From Bacteroidota bacterium (lineage in GTDB: Bacteria > Bacteroidota > Bacteroidia > Bacteroidales > Prolixibacteraceae): a stretch of 64,000 bases of DNA. Under the pieces are notes generated by a model, which was not told where the DNA came from, made no database searches, and worked only from the letters and a program-made list of their open reading frames with translations. The translations under genes and the position numbers were made by a program. Below, piece by piece: positions 18,612 through 28,813 of this stretch. The stretch spans positions 29,669 to 93,668 of the forward strand of contig JAJZSZ010000001.1 of NCBI GenBank assembly GCA_021849365.1, in the 5' to 3' direction. Each line of letters opens with the position of its first letter. The stretch's first letter is position 1.

Positions 18612-18827
18612 ATGACAAATATTACTACCAAAAGTATTATAACCTGCCTGATCTGTGGATATGCAAAGGAAGAAACAATGCCGGAAGATTCATGCCAATT
18701 CTTTTATGAATGCGAAAACTGCAAGGCACTGTTGAAACCCAAAGCTGGGGATTGCTGTGTGTTTTGTTCGTATGGGTCGGTACCCTGCCCACCTGTCCAG
18801 AAAAATAAGAATTGCTGTAACTTCTGA
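18612..18827 (+). CDS. GDCCVxC-domain small Cys-rich protein
   Basis: ITCLICG...MPEDSCQFFYEC...GDCCVFCSYGSVPCPP. Confidence 0.88.
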   Translation: MTNITTKSIITCLICGYAKEETMPEDSCQFFYECENCKALLKPKAGDCCVFCSYGSVPCPPVQKNKNCCNF

Positions 18828-18980
18828 ATCACCTGTTATCCATATTCAAGTCAACAGATAGAAAGAAGCACTAGCATTTATGCTGATTACCAGGCAATTT
18901 AAAATTTTAAAAAATCAATTATTCAATATATTTACCGAGTAACTGAATAATGGATTTATCTTTGCTGTATTAAACTGATT

Positions 18981-19247
18981 AAAGGTTTTCCAATTAAACG
19001 TAAGGTCATTATTTACCAGATATGTCAGGAAAAAACTGTAGCAGGTATACTGACCGACTTTCCTCACTTTTCTATATTTATGCCCTGTAAACTTGCCATT
19101 TATGAAGAAAATGACTAAACCGCAATTTCTACCATGAACATGGAAATTATGCTTAAAGCTGTTGGTTCAAACAAAGAATTGTATATTGAGGCAACCTCTC
19201 TTTATAACACATTAAAATAATTAATGAATACATTGTCAAATAATTAA
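18981..19247 (+). pseudogene. truncated DUF302 copy
   Basis: KGFPIKRKVIIYQICQ...FMPCKLAIYEEND*TAISTMNME aligns to 3504..3923; no N-terminus, two internal stops. Confidence 0.8.
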
Positions 19248-19258
19248 ATAAAACTTGC

Positions 19259-19579
19259 ACGAAAATCGGAATTATCACCGAGACCAAAGAATACGAAAAA
19301 GCCTGGAATTCCTTTCGATTCGCTGTAACGGCGAAAAAACAGGGATACGAAACGAAAGTTTTCCTGATGGGCGAAGCAGTTGAGTGCGAAGGCCTTACCC
19401 ACGCAAAATACAACATCGACGAGCAATTAAAGAAGTTAGTGGAAATTGGCGGCGAAATTCTCGCATGTGGAACCTGCCTGAAATCACGTCAACTGGCTGA
19501 TTCAACTTCATGTCCGATTTCAACGATGGTTGATTGTGTTGAATTGGTTGTTTGGACTGATAAAATGATTACTTTCTAA
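19259..19579 (+). pseudogene. DsrE paralog with ACG in place of the start codon
   Basis: frame TKIGIITETKEYEKAWNSFRFA...ACGTC is collinear with 3171..3491 and has the same length. Confidence 0.75.
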
Positions 19580-19618
19580 GATCGGCAGCCTTGTTCTAAA
19601 TAAAACTTAGCGCTTGGG

Positions 19619-19658
19619 AAATGACATCCTGATAAGTTATTCAGGATGTCATTTTTTT
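19619..19658. terminator. terminator between convergent genes
   Basis: AAATGACATCCTGA/TCAGGATGTCATTT stem with T-run. Confidence 0.75.
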
Positions 19659-20761
19659 ATCTTCCACCAAATCAGGAACCCGGTAACCGGTAGACTGGCT
19701 ACCATTAGTCCAATCAGGAAAACAATGATTTTTCCAGGCAGGCCACCAATGGCACCCACATGAATGTCGTAATTCATTCGGAGCAGTTTATCGGCAAAAC
19801 CTACGTCTTTTAACCGCCCATAAATGTGGGTTACTTCAATTTCTTTCAGTGTATATTGGTCAAAATACCGATAATCCGTTTTCCAGTATGTTCCGGCGTT
19901 GGCATTTGCATTGGCTGCAATCGCTGATTTTTCGTTTTCCGGAGGGTGTACTTCGATGCTTTTGGCTTGCGGATATTCGCGCAGCATCATTACCCAAACG
20001 CTGTCGAGAGGCGAAGTAATTGCAAGCTGTTCGGCTGATTTCGTTGATCCGGGATCGGCATATTCGAGCGATTTCGTTCCTCCGGCGGTTTTGTACCACC
20101 CATTGGCAAACCACTGAAATCCCCATACAAGCCCGGTAAATGCCATAATTAACCCAAGCAGGCAGATGTAAAACCCGAGAATATTGTGCAAATCAAAAAT
20201 CTTCTTTTTCCAGTGTGTATTGGAGTTCCACGAAAACGACATGTTCTTCCTTATGTACTTTTTGTTACCCGGGAACCACAAAATCAATCCTGAAATAAGG
20301 ATGACCACAAAAATGAGTGTTGAGGTAGCCACCAGCGGCTGCCCGATTTTTGGTGGGAGCCACAGGTAAAAGTGCCCATCGAGGATGAAATGGAAAAAAC
20401 CGGCTTCGTTGTCGCGCACTTTCAGTACCTGCCCGCTATACGGATTCATGAATACTGAATAGTAATAATGCTCTTCGAAATTGTAAAAAATGGCTTCGGC
20501 AGCTTTGCCATTTTCGTGGTATTTCACCGAATGCAGCAACTTCCCTGGCAGCTCGTTTTGGGCAATCACCTGCAATTTCGAAGGCGACAATATGGGGTTG
20601 TCTTCCTGAACAACATTTCGGTAGGGCTGACTCAGTTGCTGTATTTCTTCCTGAAAAGCATACAGGCAGCCGGTAACCGCAATTACGAACACCAGCAGCC
20701 CGGTTGGAATACCGAGCCACAGGTGAATTTTTCCTATAATCTGTTTGAAAGTCATGCACAT
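19649..20761 (-). CDS. PepSY-associated TM-helix protein (iron-uptake reductase-like)
   Basis: KIHLWLG, VTGCLYAF, DLHNILGFY, YDIHVGAI, LPVTGFLIWW. Confidence 0.9.
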   Translation of the reverse strand: MCMTFKQIIGKIHLWLGIPTGLLVFVIAVTGCLYAFQEEIQQLSQPYRNVVQEDNPILSPSKLQVIAQNELPGKLLHSVKYHENGKAAEAIFYNFEEHYYYSVFMNPYSGQVLKVRDNEAGFFHFILDGHFYLWLPPKIGQPLVATSTLIFVVILISGLILWFPGNKKYIRKNMSFSWNSNTHWKKKIFDLHNILGFYICLLGLIMAFTGLVWGFQWFANGWYKTAGGTKSLEYADPGSTKSAEQLAITSPLDSVWVMMLREYPQAKSIEVHPPENEKSAIAANANANAGTYWKTDYRYFDQYTLKEIEVTHIYGRLKDVGFADKLLRMNYDIHVGAIGGLPGKIIVFLIGLMVASLPVTGFLIWWKIKK

Positions 20762-23115
20762 TAAAATTTATAGTTGATGGTCAGGCGGAAATTACGGTAA
20801 GCCTCGGCCTGCCAGTAATAGAAGTTGCTCCACGAGTAAAATGCTCCTGAATACAAGTATTTGCTCAGGAGGTTATTGACATTCATTGAAACACCGAATT
20901 TGTTGAACTGATACGAGACAGCACCGTCAACACGGGTGTAGTCGGGCATCATTTGCGACGAATTGTCGTAAGCGCCATACCAGTTCGAACGGTCGCCTGC
21001 ATATTGCACGCCGCATGACAATCCTAATCCTTTAGCTGCACCATCCTGAAAACGGTAGTTCAGCCAAGCGTTGGCAATGTTTTTGGATGTTCCGGGAATT
21101 TGCGCCCCAACCTGGTTGGGATCGGAGTCTTTGGTAATTTGCCCGTCGGTATATGCGTAGTTAAAGGTAAGGTCGAGTCCCTGCGTAATTTGTCCGCGAA
21201 TATCGAATTCGAGTCCGCGGGTACGCGTTTGTCCGAGCTGTCGCGAGAAAAACTGGTGCTCGGGGTCAGAAGTCAGTACATTGTTTTTGGTAATTTGGTA
21301 TGCCGCCAGCGAAGCTGTCCATAGGCCATCGAGCCACTCTTTTTTTAGCCCAAGTTCAAGGTTTTCGCCGGTAATCGGGTCAAAGCTGTTACCGTTAAAA
21401 TCGGCTCCGGCCTGAGGTACAAAAGCTTCGTCGTAAACCGCATATGCACTTGTATTTTTATTGACAGAGTAACTCAACCCAATGCGGGGCGTCAGTTTCT
21501 CGGCTTTTCCCAATCCTGAATACGGATCGGAATCGCGCGCTGTGGTGTACCTTCCGGCTAAAGTGAGGCGCAGTTTATCGTTCAGGAAACGGATTTCATC
21601 CTGTACATAAAGTGCCGAGTATTTATTGGAATAATATACTCCTCGCTCGCGAATGTCGAGGCTGCGGTCGTAAACCGGATAGCTCGATCCGGCAACTGTT
21701 CCGTAAACCGGATTGTAAATATTGAAGCCTGTGCTTCCAACTACTGCTCCGCTTTGCGACCAGTCATGATAGAAATTTTTGTCTCCCATATCAATTCCGG
21801 CCAGGAATCGATGACCGATTATTCCGGTTCTGAAATCGCCATTCAGGAAAAACTGGCCAACTTTGATCAAACCCAAAACATCCCAGTTTGAGAGGCTGCG
21901 GCGAAGTGTATCGCCATTCTCAGAAAAACCGGTTGGCCAAAGCGATTGACCTTCCTGAGCATATTTCATAAAGGCAATTTGCCCGGTGAATTTCCAATGG
22001 TCGTTAATTGTATGGGCCAGGGTCAGAAATAAACTGTGGTCGTTGATGTTTGTCGGGGTCATGTTGGGTTCGGCGGTGGTAAAGTCAACCGGCAAATCGG
22101 CTAGTTTTTTAGCCGAGAAAGCGTAATTCGAGCCAATAGCCGACATCTGGTTAAACTGGTACGTGTATTCGGTTGTCAGCGAGGTGTTGGGCGAAAACTG
22201 AAACTTAAGTACGGGGGCCACCGAGATACGATTGTTATACTCAAAGTCTCGGTGCGAGCCTTTCATTTGCCCCATCAGGTTCAGGCGATACAAAACTTTT
22301 GCGTCTTTACTGAGTTTGCCATCAAAATCGAGGGTCGAACGATAGGTATCGAAACTGCCGATGGTCATGCTGGCCTCGCCTTTGGTAATGCCGGTAGGTT
22401 TTTTGGTCACCACGTTGTAAAAGCCGCTGGGCTCACCGTTGGCCATCATAAATCCGGCCGGACCTTTTACAAACTCGATGCGCTCTACCATGCTCATATC
22501 TTCGGTTAGCGGGCCCCAGGTCGATTGAACATTCATCCCGTTGCGGAAACCGGCAATTTGCGAGCCGCGCATGTTTATCTGGACATAATTATCCCAATGC
22601 TCCACACGCTGCGCTCCACTCACGTTTCGGGTAATGCCTTCGAGCATATCGAAAATTTGCTGATCCTGGATAACCTGTTTGGTAACCACCTGAATATTCT
22701 GCGGAACTTCGAGCAGCGGTGTTTTCAGGCGCAGCGAAACCGAAGGATAATCGGTTACATATTTGCTGGGGTTGGCAACCACAACCACTTCCTTGAGTTC
22801 TTCGCTGTTTTCACTCAGAACGAAATCAACGGTTGTTGTTGTTCCTGATTCAACCGTTACCTGCTTGTTCTGGGTAGTCAGGCCAACCAGGCTTGCCCTG
22901 AGGGTATAAGTTCCGGCTTTTACGTTTTTTAGTTCGTAATTGCCCTTTGCATCCACCACGCAACCCTTGTTGGTTCCAATCAGAATCATGTTGACGAATT
23001 CGGCGGCATTGCCATCCGAAGTGGTCGCTTTTCCGGAGACTGATCCGGATTGGGCATAAAGTAGGCTGGTGAGTATGCTAAATAAAATTCCAAGAATAAA
23101 TTTGTGTTGTGCCAT
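20761..23115 (-). CDS. TonB-dependent siderophore receptor
   Basis: carboxypeptidase-regulatory-like N-domain, plug (PQNIQVV, ERIEFVKGP), terminal F; start MAQHK assumed. Confidence 0.9.
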   Translation of the reverse strand: MAQHKFILGILFSILTSLLYAQSGSVSGKATTSDGNAAEFVNMILIGTNKGCVVDAKGNYELKNVKAGTYTLRASLVGLTTQNKQVTVESGTTTTVDFVLSENSEELKEVVVVANPSKYVTDYPSVSLRLKTPLLEVPQNIQVVTKQVIQDQQIFDMLEGITRNVSGAQRVEHWDNYVQINMRGSQIAGFRNGMNVQSTWGPLTEDMSMVERIEFVKGPAGFMMANGEPSGFYNVVTKKPTGITKGEASMTIGSFDTYRSTLDFDGKLSKDAKVLYRLNLMGQMKGSHRDFEYNNRISVAPVLKFQFSPNTSLTTEYTYQFNQMSAIGSNYAFSAKKLADLPVDFTTAEPNMTPTNINDHSLFLTLAHTINDHWKFTGQIAFMKYAQEGQSLWPTGFSENGDTLRRSLSNWDVLGLIKVGQFFLNGDFRTGIIGHRFLAGIDMGDKNFYHDWSQSGAVVGSTGFNIYNPVYGTVAGSSYPVYDRSLDIRERGVYYSNKYSALYVQDEIRFLNDKLRLTLAGRYTTARDSDPYSGLGKAEKLTPRIGLSYSVNKNTSAYAVYDEAFVPQAGADFNGNSFDPITGENLELGLKKEWLDGLWTASLAAYQITKNNVLTSDPEHQFFSRQLGQTRTRGLEFDIRGQITQGLDLTFNYAYTDGQITKDSDPNQVGAQIPGTSKNIANAWLNYRFQDGAAKGLGLSCGVQYAGDRSNWYGAYDNSSQMMPDYTRVDGAVSYQFNKFGVSMNVNNLLSKYLYSGAFYSWSNFYYWQAEAYRNFRLTINYKF

Positions 23116-23164
23116 AGTTTGATTTTTAATACGGCACAAAAATGGTATCACGATTTAAATTCTG

Positions 23165-23186
23165 AAATCCCTATTAATTGGGATTT
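23165..23186. promoter_or_regulatory. near-perfect palindrome upstream of the receptor gene
   Basis: AAATCCCTATTAATTGGGATTT; cognate regulator unknown. Confidence 0.4.
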
Positions 23187-23377
23187 TTACATGAGTTCAT
23201 TTTATTTTGAGAACTCCCATGATTTATCTGAAAGGAAATCTATCAATAAATCTTGCAGAGTTTATGAATTCTTTTCAAAATTATTTTTTCATTCAAAGTT
23301 AATTTGAATATGAATCCAAATAAATATTTCGAAAATGGGAATTTGATAAAAAAACGATATTGAATGTCGGGATAATA

Positions 23378-26300
23378 TTATCGGTACACAAAAACCAGTC
23401 GGCCCGATGCACTGCCAGTCTTTTTGTCCGGAGTTGTAATTGTCATCCGGTAAATATAAATACCGGCTTTCATGTTTATTGATCTTGATAAAGGGTTCCA
23501 ATCGAGTGGAAGGCTTTCGACCCCCTGCGAACCGACCTTCGCCTGCATTATATCTACCCGTGTTCCTGACGTCTGAAATATTTCCAGCATAACATCGAAA
23601 GTTTCGTCGGGTTGATTGGTTGAAAATACAAAACTGGTTTGTTCCTGCATCGGATTCGGGTAGCAAATCACGTTTTCGATCTTAAAGTCATCTTTAACTA
23701 CAAAAGAGATTTTTACTTCTGTTGAATTGTTCATCACATCCCAAACTTTTAATGTCAATGTATGGTTCCCTTCTGCCAGATCAGTCAACGGAAAAACAAT
23801 TGTCCCTTCCGTATATTTATCCTTACTGGCCTGAAAGTAATCGTTGAGAACCACGATCTTCGAATTATCACCGTCAAGAACAGCGGTAATGTCGTGACCA
23901 ATACCAATTCCGGCAGTGTTGATGCCCGAATCGTCTTTGATACTTGCTATCAAAACTGAATTGGCGCTTACCTGATCGCCGTCTTTAAATCTTTCAGAAT
24001 TTAAAAATAAATCAACAGTTGGCCCCTTCAAATCAGAAATTACGGTATTTGCTGATCCTCCAATATAAAATCCGTCAAAATATCCCTGGGCATCTGCTGA
24101 TTCATTGTACGCATAGTATAGTATTTTTCCTTTACCTATTTTAAACGAGATATCCTTCGGAACAAAAAAAGAAAATTCAAATTCGCCATTTTTAACGCTT
24201 GCCAATCCTTTATAAATAATGTTATTCTGAACTTTATAATTCATTTGTTCTACCCCAAAATTGCCCAAGGTATTTACCTGTATAGCCTTATCGTAAACCG
24301 TAGGAATTATTTCGCCATTGAATGACGTCAGTTTAGCTCCGGTATTATCAGCAATAAAGCCTTTGATTGTTACTACCGAAAGTGTTTTAAGTGTATCAAT
24401 TTCTGTTGCCGTATTTATACCATTCACGGTTGTAGTTTTTACCTGGAAATCAGGATATGCAAACTTCAATGCCGGATCAGCAACCAAAGTAAAGCTTAAT
24501 TGGTTAATACCGGTGAAAGCCTCAAGCTTTGCCAGTCGGAAAACATCACCCATCCGCAAACTATTCCCCTGCTGATCTTTTCCAAAAACATACTTAAAGA
24601 ATTTACTTGTTAACGCAAAATTAGCTCCTGAATATACCAACCTGGTAGTTGAAAAAAGACCAATCCCTCCGCCATTCGGGTTGAAAAGAAAATGTTCTCC
24701 TCCTGATGCTTCATTATCGTCAAAGCGGCTAAATTCGCAACTGGCAGTTACAAAAACCGGGAGTTTGTTGTAGTTTGTCCAGGAATTGATTGCCGATATA
24801 TCAACTACATTTTCATCAGCAAGGACTCGCGCGTTAGCATGCCCGGTATATGCCATCACCAAAGTACCTTGTTTTATTCGATTGTTTATTGCATCATTCA
24901 CATCAGGGTATCTGCTCCCCCCGGCAGAAGTTATTTTTCTGTATGCATCAAGGTATATTTTTTCAGTGACAAAGGCCGGAAAATTTTTGTTCACCAGATT
25001 AGCCAGACTTTCCGACTGCTCCATATGAATGCTGTTATCCAAATCATCACCGATAAAGGTCACAATATTTCGCCAGTTGCCCATTGTTTCGTGTCGCCGG
25101 TAATTTTTTATTTTGTCCAACGCTATTTCGGCTTCATCCAGCGTATTTGCCGGAATTCTCCCTATTCCCAGGTCAATAAGTCCGGAATAAACACTTTCTT
25201 TCTCATCGAGCATAACAAAGAAATCGTCGGTTACAATCGACTCAACTGGGGAGAGAGAATTATCAGACTGATATGTCGGCAGCAGATTAAGGTTGTTACC
25301 CTGGATATTGCGGTTGTCAAACGATCCGTCGCCAAGAAGAAGAACATACTTCAACGTATTCTCGCCCGACTGTTTTCCCCGGTCATAGCACATCCTGAAA
25401 TAGTTGCGCAACCCCGAAGGATCGGGCATTCCTCCTGAAAATTCATTGTAGACTATATCCGAGGTGACTACCTGAACACTCATTTGGTCGGTAGTTCGGT
25501 GAAAATCAGCTATTCCATTTGCAACCTTCAGAAACAATGGATTGGTTACAATTATTAATTCTGACAAATCTGCAGCGTGTAAATTCTGATTAGCAACCGT
25601 TCCGACCAACTCCGGAATCGGGATGTTCCCCAATGGGTTGAAAGCCACATATTCATTCATTACCTGTGAATCAGATTTAAACTTCAATTGTCCTCCTGCA
25701 TTTGTCGAAGGAATCTCAATTACATTGTTCAGTTCGGTCACATTCCAGATTCTTATCCCCGGGTTGGACGCTGTGAGCACAAACTCCGAAACCTGGGATG
25801 CGCCATCAACACCTCTACCCCTGAAAAAAAATACATCACCGTTCATGCTCAACTTACTCTGGTAGTTGACACCTATATAGTCGAGCCATGCTTCTGAAGA
25901 GCTATTTGACGCATTGTAAGTTAATTTCACCTGAATATTATTTGTCGCAGGTGTTCCGGCATAATCAGAAACTTTCGCAACGGCATAATCAGAAGTATTA
26001 TCATCAGGGTATGTTGCATAAAATGGTATGCTGCCTAGCGATTTCCCGTTTAGTGAAACATCCATGTTGCTTTCGGACGAAGACCTTGCTGCCGCCGAAA
26101 CAGAAAAAAGCGCAGGTCTGGTTAAATCCGGATTATCCAATGTAATATTTACCGTTTGTGTTGCGCCCTGATTAAAACGCTCACCATACCATTTACTTCC
26201 TGACGAAATCAAATTGACCAGTTCCTTTTCGTAAAAGGTATAGTTAGGGAAAGTTGAGACTTGCCGGTTAGCTTCAGTAGTAAGTTCCGCAGCTTTCTGA

Positions 26301-27130
26301 ATAATAAGTGGTGATCCCAGATCGGACAGATAAAAGTAGGTTTCTGTCGAGTAATAATTTTGTTGATGCGATAAGGTTTTGGCTTCAATATCGTAACTAA
26401 CCTGTATATTCCCCGATGAGTAAAAAAACAAACAATCTTTGTTCGAATTATCCTTGCCCTTCCATACCGGATATGCCATCAAATCGTCAATCTTCAAATC
26501 TCTGTTTAAAGATGGCAGCATATAACCGCCATTTCCATACATCGAAACATTTTCCGGATTCGGAAAACCCCATTGCTTAATTTGGTCGTAAGTTATCTTG
26601 TAAATGCCTTTATTCTTTGTCTTTATCTTGACCCATTTCCCGGAATTAAGAATTGAACCGGGTTTCCATGGAAAACCTATATTGGCTGATTTCAACACAT
26701 TTTGGTTTTCTATCAGCCTCACGGTAAATTCAGTTAACTTCTGGATTTGGCCATTTCTTCTGACAAAAGGAAAAACCATCATCCGGCAATATGATTTGCC
26801 TGCCGATGTAACAGTCTCTGCTGAAAATTTAAGGTCGGACCCGATTGAGTCAGGTAAAACGACCGGACAATTGTTGAACGGCTCAAATACTTCGTTTGTA
26901 ACCGTAACTTCAGCACTGGTCGATTGTAATTCGAAAGTTTCGACCCAGTATGGAAGCTTGTTGCTACCAAGCCAAACAGCATCCTCGAATAAATTATCCG
27001 ACGGAAGTGATTGTGTATTAACTACTGAAACTGGCTGATGCCAAATGATTACTCGTCGAAAATCGGTCGCCCGAACCAACATGGAATAAAAAAATACGAT
27101 TACCAACAACAGGAACCCGCGAAAAGTCAT
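23378..27130 (-). CDS. porU: type IX secretion sortase PorU (C25 gingipain-like)
   Basis: GKWVKIK...GIYKIT, YNEFSGG, LLLGDGSFD, GIGRIP, YTGH, TASCEFSRFD, C-terminal CTD-like region. Confidence 0.9.
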   Translation of the reverse strand: MTFRGFLLLVIVFFYSMLVRATDFRRVIIWHQPVSVVNTQSLPSDNLFEDAVWLGSNKLPYWVETFELQSTSAEVTVTNEVFEPFNNCPVVLPDSIGSDLKFSAETVTSAGKSYCRMMVFPFVRRNGQIQKLTEFTVRLIENQNVLKSANIGFPWKPGSILNSGKWVKIKTKNKGIYKITYDQIKQWGFPNPENVSMYGNGGYMLPSLNRDLKIDDLMAYPVWKGKDNSNKDCLFFYSSGNIQVSYDIEAKTLSHQQNYYSTETYFYLSDLGSPLIIQKAAELTTEANRQVSTFPNYTFYEKELVNLISSGSKWYGERFNQGATQTVNITLDNPDLTRPALFSVSAAARSSSESNMDVSLNGKSLGSIPFYATYPDDNTSDYAVAKVSDYAGTPATNNIQVKLTYNASNSSSEAWLDYIGVNYQSKLSMNGDVFFFRGRGVDGASQVSEFVLTASNPGIRIWNVTELNNVIEIPSTNAGGQLKFKSDSQVMNEYVAFNPLGNIPIPELVGTVANQNLHAADLSELIIVTNPLFLKVANGIADFHRTTDQMSVQVVTSDIVYNEFSGGMPDPSGLRNYFRMCYDRGKQSGENTLKYVLLLGDGSFDNRNIQGNNLNLLPTYQSDNSLSPVESIVTDDFFVMLDEKESVYSGLIDLGIGRIPANTLDEAEIALDKIKNYRRHETMGNWRNIVTFIGDDLDNSIHMEQSESLANLVNKNFPAFVTEKIYLDAYRKITSAGGSRYPDVNDAINNRIKQGTLVMAYTGHANARVLADENVVDISAINSWTNYNKLPVFVTASCEFSRFDDNEASGGEHFLFNPNGGGIGLFSTTRLVYSGANFALTSKFFKYVFGKDQQGNSLRMGDVFRLAKLEAFTGINQLSFTLVADPALKFAYPDFQVKTTTVNGINTATEIDTLKTLSVVTIKGFIADNTGAKLTSFNGEIIPTVYDKAIQVNTLGNFGVEQMNYKVQNNIIYKGLASVKNGEFEFSFFVPKDISFKIGKGKILYYAYNESADAQGYFDGFYIGGSANTVISDLKGPTVDLFLNSERFKDGDQVSANSVLIASIKDDSGINTAGIGIGHDITAVLDGDNSKIVVLNDYFQASKDKYTEGTIVFPLTDLAEGNHTLTLKVWDVMNNSTEVKISFVVKDDFKIENVICYPNPMQEQTSFVFSTNQPDETFDVMLEIFQTSGTRVDIMQAKVGSQGVESLPLDWNPLSRSINMKAGIYIYRMTITTPDKKTGSASGRLVFVYR

Positions 27131-27222
27131 GATTTAAAGGTATTATTCACTAAAACGATTGATGAACTCTTCTATTGCTCTTTGATAAAATTAATCCGGG
27201 CTTTTCCCTTGCATTACTGGCG

Positions 27223-28134
27223 TTAGACAACACCATAAATTAATTCCATATTGTTCTCGGTGTACTTGTGTTTCAGCCCAACAACCTCACCAATAACAAT
27301 AATCAAAGGCGTTTTCAAATTCAAAGTCAGAGTGATTACGTCTGTAAGCGTAGTATAGTATTCTTCCTGATCGCTTCCGGAGACATTGTAAACAAGCAGG
27401 ACAGGCGTATTCTCTGGCCATCCTTTGTTGATAACCACTTTGGCGATGGTTTGAAGGTTGGATGCTCCCATATAATACACCAGTGTACCCGATTTTGGAA
27501 CTTGAATTTCTCGATTAGCATGTCCGGTGATAAACGAAACCGACGAGGCTGTTCCCCTGTACGTCAGAGGAATTTGAGTAAATGCAGCTGCTGCAAGGGC
27601 AGCGGTAATGCCCGGTACAACGCCCACCTCAATATGCCTGTGGCGCAAATATTCGATTTCTTCTCCGCCATGCGCGAAGATCATAGGATCGCCTCCTTTA
27701 AGCCGAACAACAGTTTTTCCCACGCTCGCAGCTTCATAAAGCAATTTATTGATTTCTGCTTGCTCAATACTGTGATTGCCTTTACGCTTACCTACATAAA
27801 CTTTTTCGGCCCGAAATCTTAACAAGAACTCTTTATTGAGAAGGTCGTCATAAAAAATGATATCCGCAGTTTTTATAAGGTTATATCCTTTAATCGTCAG
27901 TAATTCGGGGTCACCGGGCCCAAAGCCGACCAACCATACTTTACCTGAAGAAGCAGTTTCTGATAGTTCTTCATGTCCTTCGTTGGCGGTAGTCAAAACT
28001 GAAGTTTCCCTCTGAAGGCCTGTCGTTCCTTTTTGAAATAGAAAGAAAAAAGTCAAGGTATTTTTGACGATTTTAGACAACCTTCCAATAGTTGTTATCA
28101 ACCTTGAACCACTAGCTGAATATGTTGTTGTCAT
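27223..28134 (-). CDS. cobA: uroporphyrinogen-III C-methyltransferase (SUMT)
   Basis: LVGFGPGDPELLT, VRLKGGDP, VVPGIT; true start uncertain (~60-aa N-extension). Confidence 0.9.
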   Translation of the reverse strand: MTTTYSASGSRLITTIGRLSKIVKNTLTFFFLFQKGTTGLQRETSVLTTANEGHEELSETASSGKVWLVGFGPGDPELLTIKGYNLIKTADIIFYDDLLNKEFLLRFRAEKVYVGKRKGNHSIEQAEINKLLYEAASVGKTVVRLKGGDPMIFAHGGEEIEYLRHRHIEVGVVPGITAALAAAAFTQIPLTYRGTASSVSFITGHANREIQVPKSGTLVYYMGASNLQTIAKVVINKGWPENTPVLLVYNVSGSDQEEYYTTLTDVITLTLNLKTPLIIVIGEVVGLKHKYTENNMELIYGVV

Positions 28135-28576
28135 TTCCTAGATTTTCTTTGATTTTATCCCTGATTGCTATGGCCCTCCTTACTTCCTGTCCGTTTGATC
28201 CTACAGCTATTGTAATGTTCCCCCTTTTAAAAATGGCGGGAGAAATGAAATCGCACAAACCAGGATTATCTACCACATTAATAAGTATACCAAAGCTTTC
28301 GGCATCAATTTTTATCTGCTGGTTTACCTCATTGTTATTTGTGCAGGCATAAACCAGAAAAGCGCTCTGGAGATCAGACTTTTCATAAAGTTTCTCTTTG
28401 AACGTATAACCTTTTGCCTTTATCGCGTCACATACGTTAAGGGCAACCACCGTTAAATTTCCAGTAAACTTTTCCAAAAGTTCAATTTTGTGGCAAGCTA
28501 CCCGGCCTCCACCAACCACCAAAATGTTTTTGTCAGTGACATTAATTGATATGGGTAAAAAAATCATATCGTTCAT
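28112..28576 (-). CDS. precorrin-2 dehydrogenase/ferrochelatase (CysG N-terminal, SirC-like)
   Basis: LVVGGGRVA, NVVDNPGLCDF. Confidence 0.88.
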   Translation of the reverse strand: MNDMIFLPISINVTDKNILVVGGGRVACHKIELLEKFTGNLTVVALNVCDAIKAKGYTFKEKLYEKSDLQSAFLVYACTNNNEVNQQIKIDAESFGILINVVDNPGLCDFISPAIFKRGNITIAVGSNGQEVRRAIAIRDKIKENLGNDNNIFS

Positions 28577-28579
28577 TTT

Positions 28580-28810
28580 CTAAATTTCGTAGTCGGGAAC
28601 AATGTTTTTTATTCGCCCGGCATTAATCCTATTCCAGAGTCGCTCGTGGAGGTAGTACAAAGTTATTTTTGTAAATACTTCGATCACGCTTATCGATAGG
28701 GCAAACTTAAGCTTACCGGTCACTAGGAATGAAATGACGAATGTATCAATTGTCCCAGTCAGCCGCCAGCTGATGGCTTTAAGTATGCTTCTGTACCTTT
28801 TTTCGCTCAT
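28580..28810 (-). CDS. DUF2061 small membrane protein
   Basis: RSILKAISWR, YYLHERLW. Confidence 0.88.
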   Translation of the reverse strand: MSEKRYRSILKAISWRLTGTIDTFVISFLVTGKLKFALSISVIEVFTKITLYYLHERLWNRINAGRIKNIVPDYEI

Positions 28811-28813
28811 GAA

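Noticed and set aside
18612-18827. Selenocysteine recoding in GDCCVxC or DsrE genes
   Set aside because: Cys motifs use Cys codons; no in-frame TGA at motif positions
23289-23666. 125-aa ORF overlapping the porU 3' end
   Set aside because: Alternative frame of porU with no features
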